From assembly GCA_038087875.1 (NCBI GenBank), contig JAXLNO010000146.1:744001-808000 (forward strand): 64,000 bases of DNA, read 5' to 3'. Made by a program: the position numbers and the translations under genes. Within the stretch, counting starts at the first letter, position 1. Each line of letters starts with the position of its first letter. The notes beneath the pieces were generated by a model. It made no database searches. It saw only the letters and a list, made by a program, of their open reading frames with translations, and was not told where the DNA came from. The DNA is from Malacoraja senta (lineage: Eukaryota). Positions 37,294 through 51,185 of this stretch are shown here, piece after piece.

Positions 37294-38810
37294 GTAAAAG
37301 CAGAACACACACACCAGCCAGGTGGAACACACCAGCCAGGTGGAGTTTTTGTATCTGCCGCAGCTTCAGATTGTCGTGTGTGTGTGTGTGTGTGTGTGTG
37401 TGGTCCCACCTCTACACATTTTCAGAGAACATTATAGTACTTCTGTAGACGCTGGGCTATTGAATATTTTACTTCAGAGATAGTGCAGAAACAGGCCCTT
37501 TGGCCCACCGAGTCCACACCGACCAGCGATCCCCACACGTTAACACTATCCTACACACACTAGGGACAATTCACACATACACTAACCCAATTATCCTACA
37601 TATCTGTACATCTTTAGAGTGTGAGGAAACCTAAGATCTCGGAGAAAACCCATGCAGATCATGGGGAGAACGTAAAAACTCCGTACAGACAGCACTTGTA
37701 GTCAGAATCAAAGCCGGGTCTCCAGCGCTGCAAGCTGTAAGGCAGCAATTCTACCGCTGCTCCACCGTGCCAAGCTTATAAGAACTCCGTCTCTTTGACT
37801 GTGAGAGAACGTTACCTGAGGCACCAACGCATATCGGTGGGACTTAAAGCTGTAGGCTGCAATGAAATGGGATTTGTGCAGAATTGGTTCAAGATAACAT
37901 AATACATAGCAACAAAGATAGACACAGCAAGCTGGAGTAACTCAGTGGGTCAAGCATCATATCTGCAGAAAAGGAATAGGTGACGTTTTCGTTCCTTCCC
38001 GGCTGGTCTGAAGAAAGGTCTCGACCAGAAAAGTCTCCAGAGATGTTGTCTGACCCGCTGAGTTACTCCAGTTTTTTGTGATTATGTTTGGTACAAACTA
38101 GAATCTGCAGTTTAGTTTGGACATACAGCATGGAAACAGGCCCTTCGGCCCACCGAGTCCAGGCCGACCAGCAATCCCTGCACATCAACGCTAATCTACT
38201 CTACACACATTAGGGACAACTTTCAATTCTACCAAGCCCATTATCCTATAATCCTGCACATCTTTAGAGTGTGGGAGGAAACCGCAGCTCTCAAAGAAAA
38301 CCCACGGGGAGAACGTACAAACTCCGTACAGACAGCGCCCGTAGTCAGGATGAAACCCGGTCTCTGCCGCTGTAACGCAACTCTACCGCTGCACCACCGT
38401 GCTGCCCCTACACATAGAACATAACAAGATGGGTGCTTGATGGTCATTGACGACAATGTAGGTGGAAGAGCCGGTGTGATTCTATGGGATAATATCACAC
38501 TCCCCCACTGAGATATCAATCCAGCCTCTGAACTCTGACAACCTGGTCAATAGGAGATGCCAATTGTCACATCCAAACACCCTTTCGTTACCTTGTTCAA
38601 TTCCAATCAAAATTAAGTAAGAAAGGATATTAATGTTTTCTTCCACAATATCACTAGTCATTTCCCTAACAGTAACAAGTTATATTTACGTAGTTCTTCT
38701 AACGCACTAAAAATATCTCCAGCATTCAGGGACATTATCAAAGTAATTGATGTGAACTGCCTTAGCAGGGATTCTGGAGATGACCTATAACTTGGGTAGA
38801 GATGTGGTCG

Positions 38811-38903
38811 TCTGAAGAAGGGTTTCGGCCCGAAACGTTACCTATTTCCTTCGCTCCATAGATGCTGCTGCACCCGCTGAGTTTCTCCAGCATTTTTGTG
38901 TAC
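38811..38903 (+). ncRNA. Penelope-associated repeat with a minimal hammerhead-ribozyme-like core
   Basis: CTGAAGA-a-GGGT-TTCG-GCCC-GAAAC; same motif ends the Penelope-like element at ~61947; helices I and III are poorly formed. Confidence 0.5.
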
Positions 38904-39596
38904 TTGGGTAGAGATGGTGGGTTTCAAGGAATGTCTTATAATGGGGTTTAAGGAGGCAAGAGTGTCTGAGGGTGATCTGAAAGAAGTATATCTGTTCATG
39001 AGAGGCATAGAATGGAAACCCTCGCACTATCTTTAATTGAACTTTACTGGACTTTATCTGACGCTAAACATTATTCCCTTTATCCTGTATCTGTACACTG
39101 TGTATGGCTTTGACACAGAAATCCGGAGGAACTCAGCAGGTTAGACAGCATCCATCTTCGGTTTAAACCAGCCTCTGCAGTTCCTCTGTGGACGGCTTGA
39201 TTGTAATCATGGATAGCACGCAACAAAAAAGCTTTTTGGTACACGTGACAAGAAACTAGACTAAACTAGATGGGGAAGATGTTCCGAATGTTTTTCCCCA
39301 TTGTAGTTGTGGAGGAGGAGAGACACATAGATGGAGAAAGTTCCAAATAGCTGCTAAAGGCATTGTCAATTGCACAGGGATTAAAATTCAGGAATGGGCT
39401 AGGGCCAGTTGGAGAGATTTTGTATTATATATATATGACCTGGACGTAAATGTAGAAGGGTTGGTGTGAATGTTTGCCAATGACACCAAAATTAGGAGTT
39501 AGATACATAGATACATAGAAAATAGGTGTAGGAGTAGGCCATTCGGCCCTTCGAGCCTGCACCGCCATTCAATATGATCATGGCTGATCATCCAAC

Positions 39597-42500
39597 TCAG
39601 TATCCCGTACCTGCCTTCTCTCCATACCCCCTGATCCCCTTAGCCACAAGGGCCACATCTAACTCCCTCCTAAATATAGCCAATGAACTGGCCTCAACTA
39701 CCCTCTGTGGCAGAGAGTTCCAGAGATTCACCACTCTCTGTGTGAAAAAGCTTTTCCTCATCTCGGTCTTAAAGGATTTCCCCCTTATCCTTAAGCTGAG
39801 ACCCCTTGTCCTGGACTTCCCCAACATCGGGAACAATCTTCCTGCATCTAGCCTGTCCAACCCCATAAGAATTTTGTACGTTTCTATAAGATCCCCTCTC
39901 AATCTCCTAAATTCTAGCGAGTATAAGCCAAGTCTATCCAGTCTTTCTTCATATGAAAGTCCTGACATCCCAGGAATCAGTCTGGTGAACCTTCTCTGCA
40001 CTCCCTCTATGGCTATAATGTCCTTCCTCAGATTTGGAGACCAAAACTGTACGCAATACTCCAGGTGTGGTCTCACCAAGACCCTGTACAACTGCAGTAG
40101 AACCTCCCTGCTCCTATACTCAAATCCTTTTGCTATGAAAGCTAACATACCATTCGCTTTCTTCACTGCCTGCTGCACCTGCATGCCTACTTTCAATGAC
40201 TGGTGTACCATGACACCCAGGTCTCGCTGCATCTCCCCATTTCCTAATCGGCCACCATTTAGATAATAGTCTGCTTTCCTGTTTTTGCCACCAAAGTGGA
40301 TAACCTCACATTTATCCACATTATACTGCATCTGCCAAACATTTGCCCACTCACCCAGCCTATCCAAGTCACCTTGCAGTCTCCTAGCATCCTCCTCACA
40401 GCTAACACTGCCCCCCAGCTTAGTGTCATCCCCAAACTTGGAGATGTTGCCTTCAATTCCCTCATCCAGATCATTAATATAAATTGTAAATAGCTGGGGT
40501 CCCAGCACTGAGCCTTGCGGTACCCCACTAGTCACTGCCTGCCATTGTGAAAAGGACCCGTTTACTCCTACTCTTTGCTTCCTGTTTGCCAGCCAGTTCT
40601 CTATCCACATCAATACTGAACCCCCAATACCGTGTGCTTTAAGTTTGTATACTAATCTCTTATGTGGTACCTTGTCGAAAGCCTTCTGAAAGTCCAGATA
40701 CAACACATCCACTGGTTCTCCCCTATCCACTCAACTAGTTACATCCTCGAAAAATTCTATAAGATTCGTCAGACACGATTTACCTTTCGTAAATCCATGC
40801 TGACTTTGTCCAATGATTTCACCACTTTCCAAATGTGCTGCTATCCCATCTTTAATAACTGACTCTAGCAGTTTCCCCACTACCGATGTTAGACTAACTG
40901 GTCTGTAATTCCCCGTTTTCTCTCTCCCTCCCTTCTTAAAAAGTGGGGTTACGTTTGCTACCCTCCAATTCTCAGGAACTACTCCAGAATCTAAAGAGTT
41001 TTGAAAAATTATCACTAATGCATCCACTATTTCTGGAGCTACTTCCTTAAGTACTCTGGGATGCAGCCCTGGTGATTTATCGGCCTTTAATCCATTCAAT
41101 TTACCCAACACCACTTCCCGACTAACCTGGATTTCACTCAGTTCCTCCATCTCCTTTGACCCGCGGCCCCCTGCTATTTCCGGCAGATTATTTATGTCTT
41201 CCTTAGTGAAGACGGAACCAAAGTAGTTATTCAATTGGTCCGCCATATCCTTGTTCCCCATGATCAATTCACCTGTTTCTGACTGCAAGGGACCTACATT
41301 TGTTTTAACTAATCTCTTTCTCTTCACATATCTATAAAAACTTTTGCAGTCAGTTTTTATGTTCCCTGCCAGTTTTCTTTCATAATCTATTTTCCCTTTC
41401 CTAATTAAGCCCTTTGTCCTCCTCTGCTGGTCTCTGAATTTCTCCCAGTCCTCTGGTATGCTGCTTTTTCTCGCTAATTTGTACGCATCATCTTTTGCTT
41501 TGATACTATCCCTGATTTCCCTTGTGATCCACGGATGCACTACCTTCCCTGATTTATTCTTTTGCCAAACTGGGATGAACAATTTTTGTAGTTCATCCAT
41601 GCAGTCTTTAAATGCCTTCCATTGCATATCCACCGTCAACCCTTTTAGAACTAATTGCCAGTCAATCTTGGCCAATTCACGTCTCATACCCTCAAAGTTA
41701 CCTTTCTTTAAGTTCAGAACCGTTGTTTCTGAATTAACAATGTCACTCTCCATCCTAATGAAGAACTCAACCATATTATGGTCACTCTTGCCCAAGGGGG
41801 CACGCACAACAAGACTGCTAACTAACCCTTCCTCATTACTCAATACCCAGTCTAGAATAGCCTGCTCTCTCGTTGGTTCCTCTACATGTTGGTTTAGATA
41901 ACTATCCCGCATACATTCCAAGAAATCCTCTTCCTCAGCACCCCTGCCAATTTGATTCACCCAATCTATATGTAGATTGAAGTCACCCATTATAACTGTT
42001 TTGCCTTTGTTGCACGCATTTCTAATTTCCTGTTTGATGCCATCCCCAACTTCACTACTACTGCTAGGTGGCCTGTACACGAAACCCACCAGCGTTTTCT
42101 GCCCCTTAGTGTTTCGCAGCTCTACCCATACTGATTCCACATCCTCCAAGCTAATGTCCTTCCTTTCCACTGCGTTAATCTCCTCTCTAACCAGCAACGC
42201 TATCCCACCTCCTTTTACTTTATCTCTATCCCTCCTGAATATTGAATATCCCTGGATGTTCAGCTCCCAGCCTTGGTCACCCTGGAGCCATGTCTCCGTG
42301 ATCCCAACTATATCATAATCATTAATAGCTATCTGCACGTTCAACTCATCCACCTTATTACGAATGCTCCTTGCATTGAGACACAAAGCCTTCAGGCTTG
42401 TTTTTACAACGCTCTTACCCCTTATACAATTATGTTGAAAAGTGGCCCTTTTTGATTTTTGCCCTGGATTTGTCTGCCTGCCACTTTTACTTTTCACCTT

Positions 42501-42700
42501 GCTACCTATTGCTTCCGCCCGCATTTTACACCCCTCTGTTTCTCTGGTCACCCATTTAAGAACCCCACCACCTCTTATTCTCTGTTTATTATTGTTTTCT
42601 TCTTTCCCCCCTACATGTTGGGTCTGAGTGCTTTCCTTCTCTGCCTCCTGCCTCACACACTGTCTAATAGCTTTCTCTATTTGAGTCCCTCCCCCCAACC
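39597..42700 (-). pseudogene. CR1 ORF2 (APE + RT), broken by a stop at ~40731 and a small deletion
   Basis: LNARSIRNK, ITETW, GDFN, SDH, YRPVSLTS, QHGF, LDFQKAFD, GVPQGSVLGP, FGDD, HLEYCVQFW. Confidence 0.93.
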
Positions 42701-42703
42701 ATT

Positions 42704-43637
42704 CTAGTTTAAAGTCTCCCCAGTAGCCTTTGCAGATCTCCCCGCCATGATATCGGTCCCCCTCAGGTTCAAGTGCAACCCATCCTTTTTGTACAGGTCG
42801 CACCTTCCACAAAAGAGGTCCCAATGATCCAGAAATATGAATCCCTGCCTTCTGCACCAGTCCTTCAGCCACGCATTTATCCTCCACCTCGCTCCATTCC
42901 TACTCTCACTGTCGCGTGGTACAGGCAGTAATCCCGAGATTGTTACCTTTGCTGTCCTTCTCTTTAACTCCCCTCCTAACTCCCTAAATTCTCCTTTCAG
43001 GACCTCTTCTCTTTTTTTACCTATGTCATTGGTACCTATATGTACCACGACCTCGGGCTCCTCTCCCTGCCCTTTCAGGATATCTTGGACATGTTGGGAC
43101 ACATCACAGACCCTGGCACCAGGGAGGCAAACTACCATCCGGGTCTCCCGACTGCGTCCACAGAATCGCCTGTCTGACCCCCTAACTATAGTCCCCTATT
43201 AGTATTGCCCTCCTCTTCTTTTCCTTACCCTTCTGAGCAACAGGGCCGGTCTCTATACCGGAGGCCCGGCCGCTGTCGCAACCCCCAGGTAGGCTGTCCC
43301 CCCCAACAGTGCTCAAACAGGAGTACTTATTGTCATGGTGTACAGCCACCGGGGTACTCTCTAGTCCCTGCCTGTGCCCCTTGCCTCTCCCAACCGTGAT
43401 CCACTTGCCTGCCTCCTGTGGTCTTGGAGTGACCACCTCCCTGTAACTCCTCTCAATAACTTCCTCGCTCTCCCTGACCAGACGAAGGTCATCGAGCTGC
43501 TGCTCCAGGTTCCTAATATGGTCCATTAGGAGCCCCATCTCGATACACCTGGCGCAGATGTGAACGTCTGGAGGGCTATCAGACTCCATGACTTCCCACA
43601 TCTGACATCCAGAACAGTAAACTGCCCTGGCCCTCAT
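42704..43637 (-). pseudogene. CR1 ORF1 (Cys-rich finger + SGNH esterase), frameshifted
   Basis: CSGC...CARC; ILIGD(S), CLPGA, HIGTND, DGLHLN blocks. Confidence 0.88.
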
Positions 43638-45597
43638 ACTCCCCCCTTACCTAGGATACAATACAAAACAAACTGCTACAATACAGTACAATCAGCAGGG
43701 ATCTGACACCCAATCAGCTGGGATCTGACTCCCAATCAGCTGCTCCCTCTTGTCTGCTTCCACCAATCAGCGGCTTCCTTAAGCCCCACTTGTTTTTGAA
43801 GTGCGAGTGGAACTTGGAACGTTACAGATTTTGGCTCCTCCTCGGCTCTCGGACCTCTGTAAGAAGCAAGCCCCGCGCTCCACTTTAACTCCTACCGCTC
43901 GGGTGTAGCTCCTCCCTCTGCGACCTCTCCAACGGCTCTCGGGCCTCTGACAGACAGACAGCAAGAAAGCAGAAATTAGACCAACTGCAGAAAGGGGCAG
44001 AGAAATGGCAGATGGAGTTTAACCAGAACAAGTGTGAGATGATGCACTTTGAGTGGTTTAATGTAAGGGGAGAGTATACAGTTAATGGCATGACCCTCCT
44101 AACCCCATTCTCCAGTCTTCTCCCAATAACCCGACACCTCTACCAATGCACAATCCATCTATCTCTGCCATAACAATATCCATTGACTTGGCCTCCACAG
44201 CCTTCTGTGGCAAAGCATTCCACCGATTCACCACCCTCTCATTAAATAAATTCCTCCTCCTATCCTTCCTAAAGGAATGTCCTTTAATTCTGAGGCGATG
44301 GCCTTTAGTCCAGCACTCTCCCACTAGTCGAAACATCCTCTCCACATCCACTCCATCCAAGCCTTTCACTAGTCATGATGCAGCTCTATTGGGCTTTAGT
44401 TGTACTGCATTTGAAGTATTACGTGTAGTTCTTGTCGCCCCATTACAGGAAAGATGTGGAGGCTTTGGAGAGGGAGCAGAGGAGGTTTAACAGAATGCTC
44501 CCTGGATTAGAATGTTTCAGCTACAGGGGGAGGTTGGATAAACTTGGGTTATTTTCTCTGGAACGTCAGAGGTTGAGGGAAGACTGGATAGAAGTATATA
44601 AAGTTATGTGAGGCATACATAAGGTAATCAGAGGCTTTTCCCCAGGGTGGAAATGTCCAACACTAGAGGGCGTAGCTATATGGTGAGAGGGGGAAAGTTT
44701 AATGTGCGAGGCAAGATTTTTACACAGAGAGGGGTGGGGGTGGGGAATGCACTGCCAGAGATGGTGGTGGATGCAGATCCCATAGTGGTGTTTAAGACGC
44801 TTTGGGATAGGCACATGGAAGTTCAGGGACTAGAGCGATATGGATCATGTACAGGGAGATGAGATCAGTTTAACTTGGAATCATGTTTGGCACAGATAAT
44901 GTGGGCTGGAGGGCCCATTCCTGTGCTGTACTGTTCTGTGTTCTAATACGTGATCTTAGCTTAGTTTACTGATGGAAACAGGCCTACCTAGTCCACGCTG
45001 ATCATCGACCACATGTTAGCACTAGTTCTATGTTATCCTACTTTCTCATCCACTCCTGACCCGCTTGGGGCAATTTACAGAAGACAATTGACCTCCAAAC
45101 CGGTTGTTGTGTTTGGGATGTGGGAAGAAACCGGAGCACCAGAGGAAACCCACGCAATCACAGGGAGAAGGTGCAAACGCCACGTGGGTGGCACCCAGGG
45201 TCAGGATCAAACCCGGATCTGTGCCAATGTGAGGTGGCAGCTCTACCAGTTGTGCCACCGTGCTGCCCGCCCCGACATATCTGGTGGCACAATCCTCATC
45301 CCATTCCTGACCTCCTATAGAATGAGAAATGAATGAGTTACTGCAACATGGAGGAACAGCACCTGTATTCCTTTTGGGTTGCTTACAACCCAACAGTATG
45401 AACATTGAATTCACCAATTTTAGGCAATAAATCTGCAATCAACCCTCCTTTTTTCCTTTCCTCCCCCCCCCCTCTTCCACCTATATTCCTTTGTCCTCTG
45501 ACTGGTTTGCTCGCATCAAAAGCTTTTCACTCTACCTTGGTACAGATGACATTAAACTAAACTGAACTGACCCTACGACCTTGCTTATACCCCACAG

Positions 45598-45835
45598 GAA
45601 GAGGAGAGGCTCCAGCACCAAAGGCTCTGTGTTAAAGCACTGCACGTGGACCCCACTTCCATCGTGTCGCTGCGGAGTAATGCAGCGGGTGTCAAGGTGC
45701 AGCTGGGGGAGGTTGCCGGCAAGGCGCTCGCTGACGAGGATGCCCATAGCCCCGCACGCAAGGAGAAATGTGGCGAGTTCAAGGTCAACAAAACCGACTT
45801 GTAGAAGATGGTGCCCACACTGGCGGCCGTCAAGG
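45598..45835 (+). CDS. MULE-derived gene, coding exon 3 (in-frame TAG at 45802-45804)
   Basis: cttataccccacag acceptor and AAGG|gtaagg donor; EEERLQHQRL...VNKTDL*KMVPTLAAVK; phases 0 to 1 fit both neighbouring exons. Confidence 0.75.
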
Positions 45836-47664
45836 GTAAGGTCATAAGGAATAGTAGAATTAGGCCATTCGGCCCATCAAGTCTACTCCACCATTCAATC
45901 ATGGCTGATCTATCTATCTCTCCTAACCCCATTCTCCTGCCTTCTCCCCATAACCTCTGACACCCTTACTAATGATGAATCAAGGCAGGTGAAGGTCTCC
46001 TCGCTTGTCCCAGGGCTAACGGGCTGCTCCAGGTTTGCACCACTCCCTCTCTTGTCCTGGGGTTTCCTGCATCCTTCCTTCATTCCGGAATAATGCAGAT
46101 CACCCCTTTATTGGGTTAACCTATGATGAGCGTTTGATGGCTATGGGGCTGTACTCGCTGGAGTTTAGAAGGATGAGGGGGATCTCATTGACACTTACTA
46201 CATAGTAAAAAGTCCTGGATGAAGTGGATGTGGCGAGGATGTTTCCACCAGTGGGAGAGTCATGGACCAGAGGGCGCAGACTCAGAATAAAAGGTGCTAG
46301 ATCGCTCCCTTCTCTACCCTAGAATAGTCAATGACTTTTAGACTTTAGAGATACAGTGCGGAAATTGGCCGTTTGGCCCACCGAGTTGGTGCCGACCAGC
46401 GATGATCCTGTACGTTACCTTACACACACAAGGGACAATTATTTATTACAACTTACTGAAACCAAGTAAGCTACAATCCTGCAAGTCTTTGGAGTGTCCC
46501 CAATGGTTTCTCATTGGATCGCTCTTGGATCATGCCACGCTCTCTTTAGATGATTCTTCTCTCGTGTAACCCCCACCCATCCCACCCAGGCTGCATCTGC
46601 AGTTCCTTCCTCCACCTGTCACTTGCTAGGCTTTGTCCTGCCCCCACCTCTCTTCCCTTCACCACTCTTGTCCTGCCCCCACCACAACCTGCCACAATTA
46701 GTTTGAAGAAAGGTCCCGACCTGAAAGATCACATATCCATGTTTTCCAGACATGTGTAGGAAGGAACTGCAGATGCTGGTTTACACCGGAGATACACAAA
46801 ATGCTGCAGTAACTCAGTGGGTCAGGCAGCATCTCTGGAGAAAAAGAATAGGTGATGTTTCAGGTCAAGACCCTTCCCCAGACGGAGAGTCAGGGGAGGG
46901 AAACTCCAGAAATACTGCCTGACCTGCTGAGTTACTCTCGCACTTTGTCTTTTGTCAGGAACCAGCATCTGCAGATCCTTGTTTCTCCAGAGTTTGATAG
47001 AGCTGCATCTTGACTATCTGACTCTTGTACTCAGTGACCGACCGATGAAGGCAAACGTACCTCACCACTGTCACTGTGTGTTACCAGTGCTTTGTTCAGA
47101 ATCAATTTCACAATCACACACATTTTATCGGCCAAGTATGTACACATACAAGGAATTTGACGGTGCTTTGCTCGCACATGGTAAAAACACGAGACAACAG
47201 ACAATTAAAAAAACATTATAATTAAACAATGTAAAAATATAGTGCAAGAGTAAAAAGGGGCAGCTTTGCTATATATTGCACATGTTAATATCTAAAGTGC
47301 ACTTGGAGAGTTCATAAGTGTTTGGCTTACAGACCAGAATGTAGTGGTGCAGAGCGGCTGTTAAGTAGAGCTACCGCTCGTGGGAAGAAGCTGTTTTTGT
47401 GTCTGGATGTGCCCAGAGGGGAGAACTTCATGAAAGAGTGAGTTATAGGTCTTAGGGCTGATGGAATCAAGGGATATGGGGAGAAAGCCAGAACAGGGTA
47501 CTGATTCTGGATGATCAGCCATGATCATATTGAATGGCGTTGCTGGCTCGAAGGGCCGAATGGCCTACTCCACCTATTTTCTATGTTTCTACTTCAAAGA
47601 GTTTGTGGCCAGGGTGAGAGTGGGTCAGACCCTTGTTCTGACTCTTGTCTGCGTTTGCTTGCAG

Positions 47665-48100
47665 ACGGCACGGTGGTGATGGTGGTGAACAAGGCCAACG
47701 TGTTGCAGGCCATCTACTACCAGGACGGCCGCATGAAGCAGACCTTCGAGAGGTTCCCCGAGGTGCTGCTGGTGGGCGCCACCTACAGCTGGACGGGCCT
47801 GCGGCTGCCCACCTACCTGCTGCTGGCCATCGACGGCAACGGGGAGAGTGAGCTGGCGGGCCTGTGGTTCCTGCATCGCGAGGAGCGTGAGACCATCCGG
47901 CAGCTTCTGCGCATCTTCAGGCAGAAGTACCCGGCGGCGGAGGAAACGCGGGCGGTGGTGGTCAGCTGCAAGGTGTGCGACGGGGAGCTGGTGACCGACG
48001 TGCTGCCCCACTGCAAGCCGCTGGCCTGCCTCGCCCACACCCATAGCGTCTTCCAGGACGATGTGACCGCCGAGAAGCTGCACCTGACCGCCGGGCAACA
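47665..48100 (+). CDS. MULE-derived gene, coding exon 4: MULE transposase core
   Basis: tttgcttgcag acceptor; LQAIYYQDGRMKQTFERFPEVLLVGATY...LAIDGNGESE...CLAH; donor CA|gtaaac, phase 2; strong GC3 bias. Confidence 0.9.
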
Positions 48101-48645
48101 GTAAACCCTTGTCCCATCTCCTCCACCCTCTGCCCCCTCTCTCTTTTCTTTCTTTCTTTCTTACCCGCTCCTTCTTCCCTTCTCCCCCTCCTTTCTCCTT
48201 CCTCTCCTCTTCCTCCGTCCCACCCCTCTCCTCCCCTCCTCTCCTCCGCCCCTTTCCCCTACTCCTGTTTCCTCCTCCTGCTCACACTCCTTCCCTCCGT
48301 AACCCACTCCTCCCCTGCTTCACACTTCCTCTCCTCCGCCCCCTCCTCTTTCCCCCTCCCATCCCCCCTCCCCTCTTCCCCCCCCCTCCTCTCCTTCCCT
48401 CTACTCTCTTCCTGCCCCCTCTACTCCACCATTGGGCATCAATAAGCTCTGGAATTGTGATTCCGTTGTGGGACTGGGGCTGGGGAGGGAGGGGCGGGGG
48501 TAGGTTGGATTTTCTCAAATATTCATCCTACTGTCAGGGCGTGGGTCAGATAAGGGTGTGATTCATTCCTCAACATGGTCCGCACAATCCAGTCTTCCCC
48601 TGCCCCACTCTCCCTCCTCCATTCCACCCTCCTCTCCCTTTCTGT

Positions 48646-48714
48646 AGATGGGGCATCTTGGTCAGCATTAGATGGGGCATCTTGGTCAGCATTAGATGGG
48701 GCATCTTGGTCAGC
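48646..48714. repeat. 23-bp tandem repeat x3
   Basis: agatggggcatcttggtcagc(att) repeated. Confidence 0.85.
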
Positions 48715-49194
48715 AAGGACCAGTTGGGCCGAGCGGCCTATTTCCATGCTGTTTGACTCCACTGTTCAGTGGTCATTGAGGAGGTCACTTTATTTTTCTT
48801 CTGGAAAGAAATGGTGGAGTTTTTCTTGTAGCCGATGGGGACTGTTGAGGTGAGAGTTTAGTTTAGTTTTGGAGATACAACGTGGAAACAGGCCCTTTGC
48901 CCCACTGAGTACACGCTGACCATTGATCACCCGTTCACACTAGTTCTAGGCTACACTCGTTACAGAGGCCAATTAACGTACAAACCCGCACGTCTTTGGA
49001 ATGTGGGTGGAAACCGGAAAACCCGGAGGAAACCCACATGGTCACAGGGAGAAGGTACAAACTCCACACAGACAATGCCTGTAGTCAGGATGGATCCTGG
49101 GACTGGCACTGTAAGGCAGCAACTCTACCGCTATGCCACCGTGCTGCACCAGGAGGTTCCTAACCTTGTCTCCTCTTCCCTTTCTTCCCGCCAG

Positions 49195-50045
49195 GAGCCA
49201 GCTGCTGCAGATCCTGCACAGTATGTGTTACGCGACGTCGACTGAGGACTATGACCTGCTTCACCGCCAGCTGCTGGACTCCAATGCGGAGAGCGCCGTC
49301 GACTACTTCCACAAGACGTGGCACGGGTCCCGCCGCCAGTGGGTGGAGGGCTTCAAGCACGAGAACGAGAGCTACCTCACCAGCACCCTTCAGCGGGTGC
49401 AAGCGCTGAGCCAGAGGCTGGCGGCCGCGGTCGAGGACTTCTCCGACATGACCTCCTTCACCCGGGACCTCCTGAAGGCCGTGGACATGGTGCGGGCCAT
49501 GTGTGACCAGCGGGTGTTGCAGAGAGCGCCTCCTGCAGGGCCGCAGGACAACTCCGCCGAGTCTTTCTACCGGGAGCTGCTCACCGACTTTGCCTTCCGC
49601 CGGGTGCGGAGGGAGCTGGAGGAAGCGGAATGGGTCTCCTTCCTCAGTGTGGAGGCCGAGAGGGCCTGGCCCGTGTGCAGGCGCCGGGTCCTCGTGACGG
49701 ACCAGTCCAGCTGCCAGTGCACCTTCCGCACCTCCATGAGGCTCCCCTGCCAGCACGTCCTGGCGCTCCGGCGGCAACTGGGCTCCGACCTCTTCGAGCC
49801 CTCGCTCTGCGCCGGGCGCTGGACGCAGGAGCACTTCCTCGGCGGTCAGCTCCCGCCCGCGTCGCTGAGGGAGCGGGACAAGGTGCAGCAGGAGCGATAC
49901 CGCCAGGCCTTCAAGGTAGCTCGTAAACTCTCCTCCCTCGCCACCCGGTGTCCGGCCGAAGACTTTGGCAGGTGCCTGGCGGTCATGACGGCCGTCACCG
50001 ACATCTGGGCCAGAGGTGGCCAGGCGCAAGTCACCGAAATCAATG
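49195..50045 (+). CDS. MULE-derived gene, coding exon 5: helical insertion region and SWIM finger (could instead end at TAG 50053)
   Basis: Polypyrimidine acceptor cccgccag; DYFHKTWHGSRRQWV; SWIM finger CQCTFRTSMRLPCQH at ~49712-49756; possible donor ATG|gtttgt. Confidence 0.9.
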
Positions 50046-50894
50046 GTTTGTAGCGACGCAGTCTCAGAGAGAGTGAAGCAAAGATACACACAAAACATGG
50101 AGCAATACAGCACAAGAACAGGCCCTTCAGCACACAATGAACATGATGCCAAGACCATCGCTTATCTACCTACATATAATCCATATCTCCCCATTTCATG
50201 CATATCCATGTGCCTATCTAAAAGTCTTTCAAATGCCACTATTGTATCTGCTTCAACTTCCACCCCTGGCAGCACGTTCCAGGCACTCACCACCCTCTGT
50301 GTAAAAAGAAACTTGCCCCGCACATCTCCTAAAAACTCTACCCTTTTCACTTTAATGCAATGCCCTCTAGTATTTGATTTTTTTAAATTCTGGGAGAAGG
50401 AGCCTGACTCTCCACCCCATCTATGCCTTTCATCATTTTACAAACCTCTATTAGGTCTCTCCGCAACCTCCGGCATTCCAGAGGAAACAATCCAAGTATG
50501 TCCAACTTCTCCCTGTAGCTAATGCCTCCTAATCCAGGCAAAATATTCTGGCAAACCTCCTGTTCTCTCTCCAAAGCTTCCAAATACATCCTATAATGGG
50601 GCAACCAGAACTGGATGCAATACTCCAAATGCAGCCTAAACCAAAGTCCTATAAAGATGCATCATGACTTCCTGACTGTTATAGTCAATGCACCCATGAA
50701 AGCAAGCATACCGTATGCCTTCTTGACCACTCTCTCCACATATGTTGCCACTTTCAGGGAAGTACTATAGAAAGTGGACACCAAGTGCTGGAGTAACTCA
50801 GCGGATCAGGCAGCATCTCTGGAGGGCGAGGATAGGTGTCGTTTCGGGTCGGGACCCTCCATACGAATTGTTGTAGGGGGAAGCAAGCTGGATG

Positions 50895-51185
50895 ATGCGA
50901 CACGATAGAACTTTTATTGATTCCAGGAGGGAAATTGATCTGCCAACAGTCATAAAACACAAGATACATGAAATTAAACTGATGAGTGGAAAGGATTGGT
51001 GATGTGCAAATATTGGGGAGGGGAGTCAGTCTACCCCACGACAGAAGGTGGAGGAGTTGTACAGATTGATAGCCACAGGGAAGAAGGTTCTCCTGTGGCG
51101 TTCTGTACTGCATCTTAGTGGAACCAGTCTGTTGCTGAAGGTGCTCCTCAGGTTTTCCAGTGTCATGGAGGGGATGGTGTGTCCC
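50895..51185 (-). mobile_element. Rex1/Babar 3' fragment
   Basis: STFSNRLVPLRCSTERHRRTFFPVAINLYN followed by a 3' UTR ending aatttccctcctggaatcaataaa. Confidence 0.7.

Larger units (their letters stand above)
39500..43950 (-). mobile_element. Near-full-length CR1 LINE
   Basis: 5' UTR with repeated ccaatcagc, ORF1 and ORF2, 3' UTR and an 8-bp microsatellite tail (atagatac on the + strand) at ~39500-39520; inserted in an older + strand CR1. Confidence 0.93.

Noticed and set aside
34343..50053. Assigning the symbol ZSWIM3 or ZSWIM9
   Set aside because: Architecture is shared but orthology cannot be shown from sequence alone, and no recognisable syntenic neighbours are in the window.
49160..50158. 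332-aa minus-strand ORF
   Set aside because: Antisense shadow of the GC3-rich SWIM exon; no motifs of its own.
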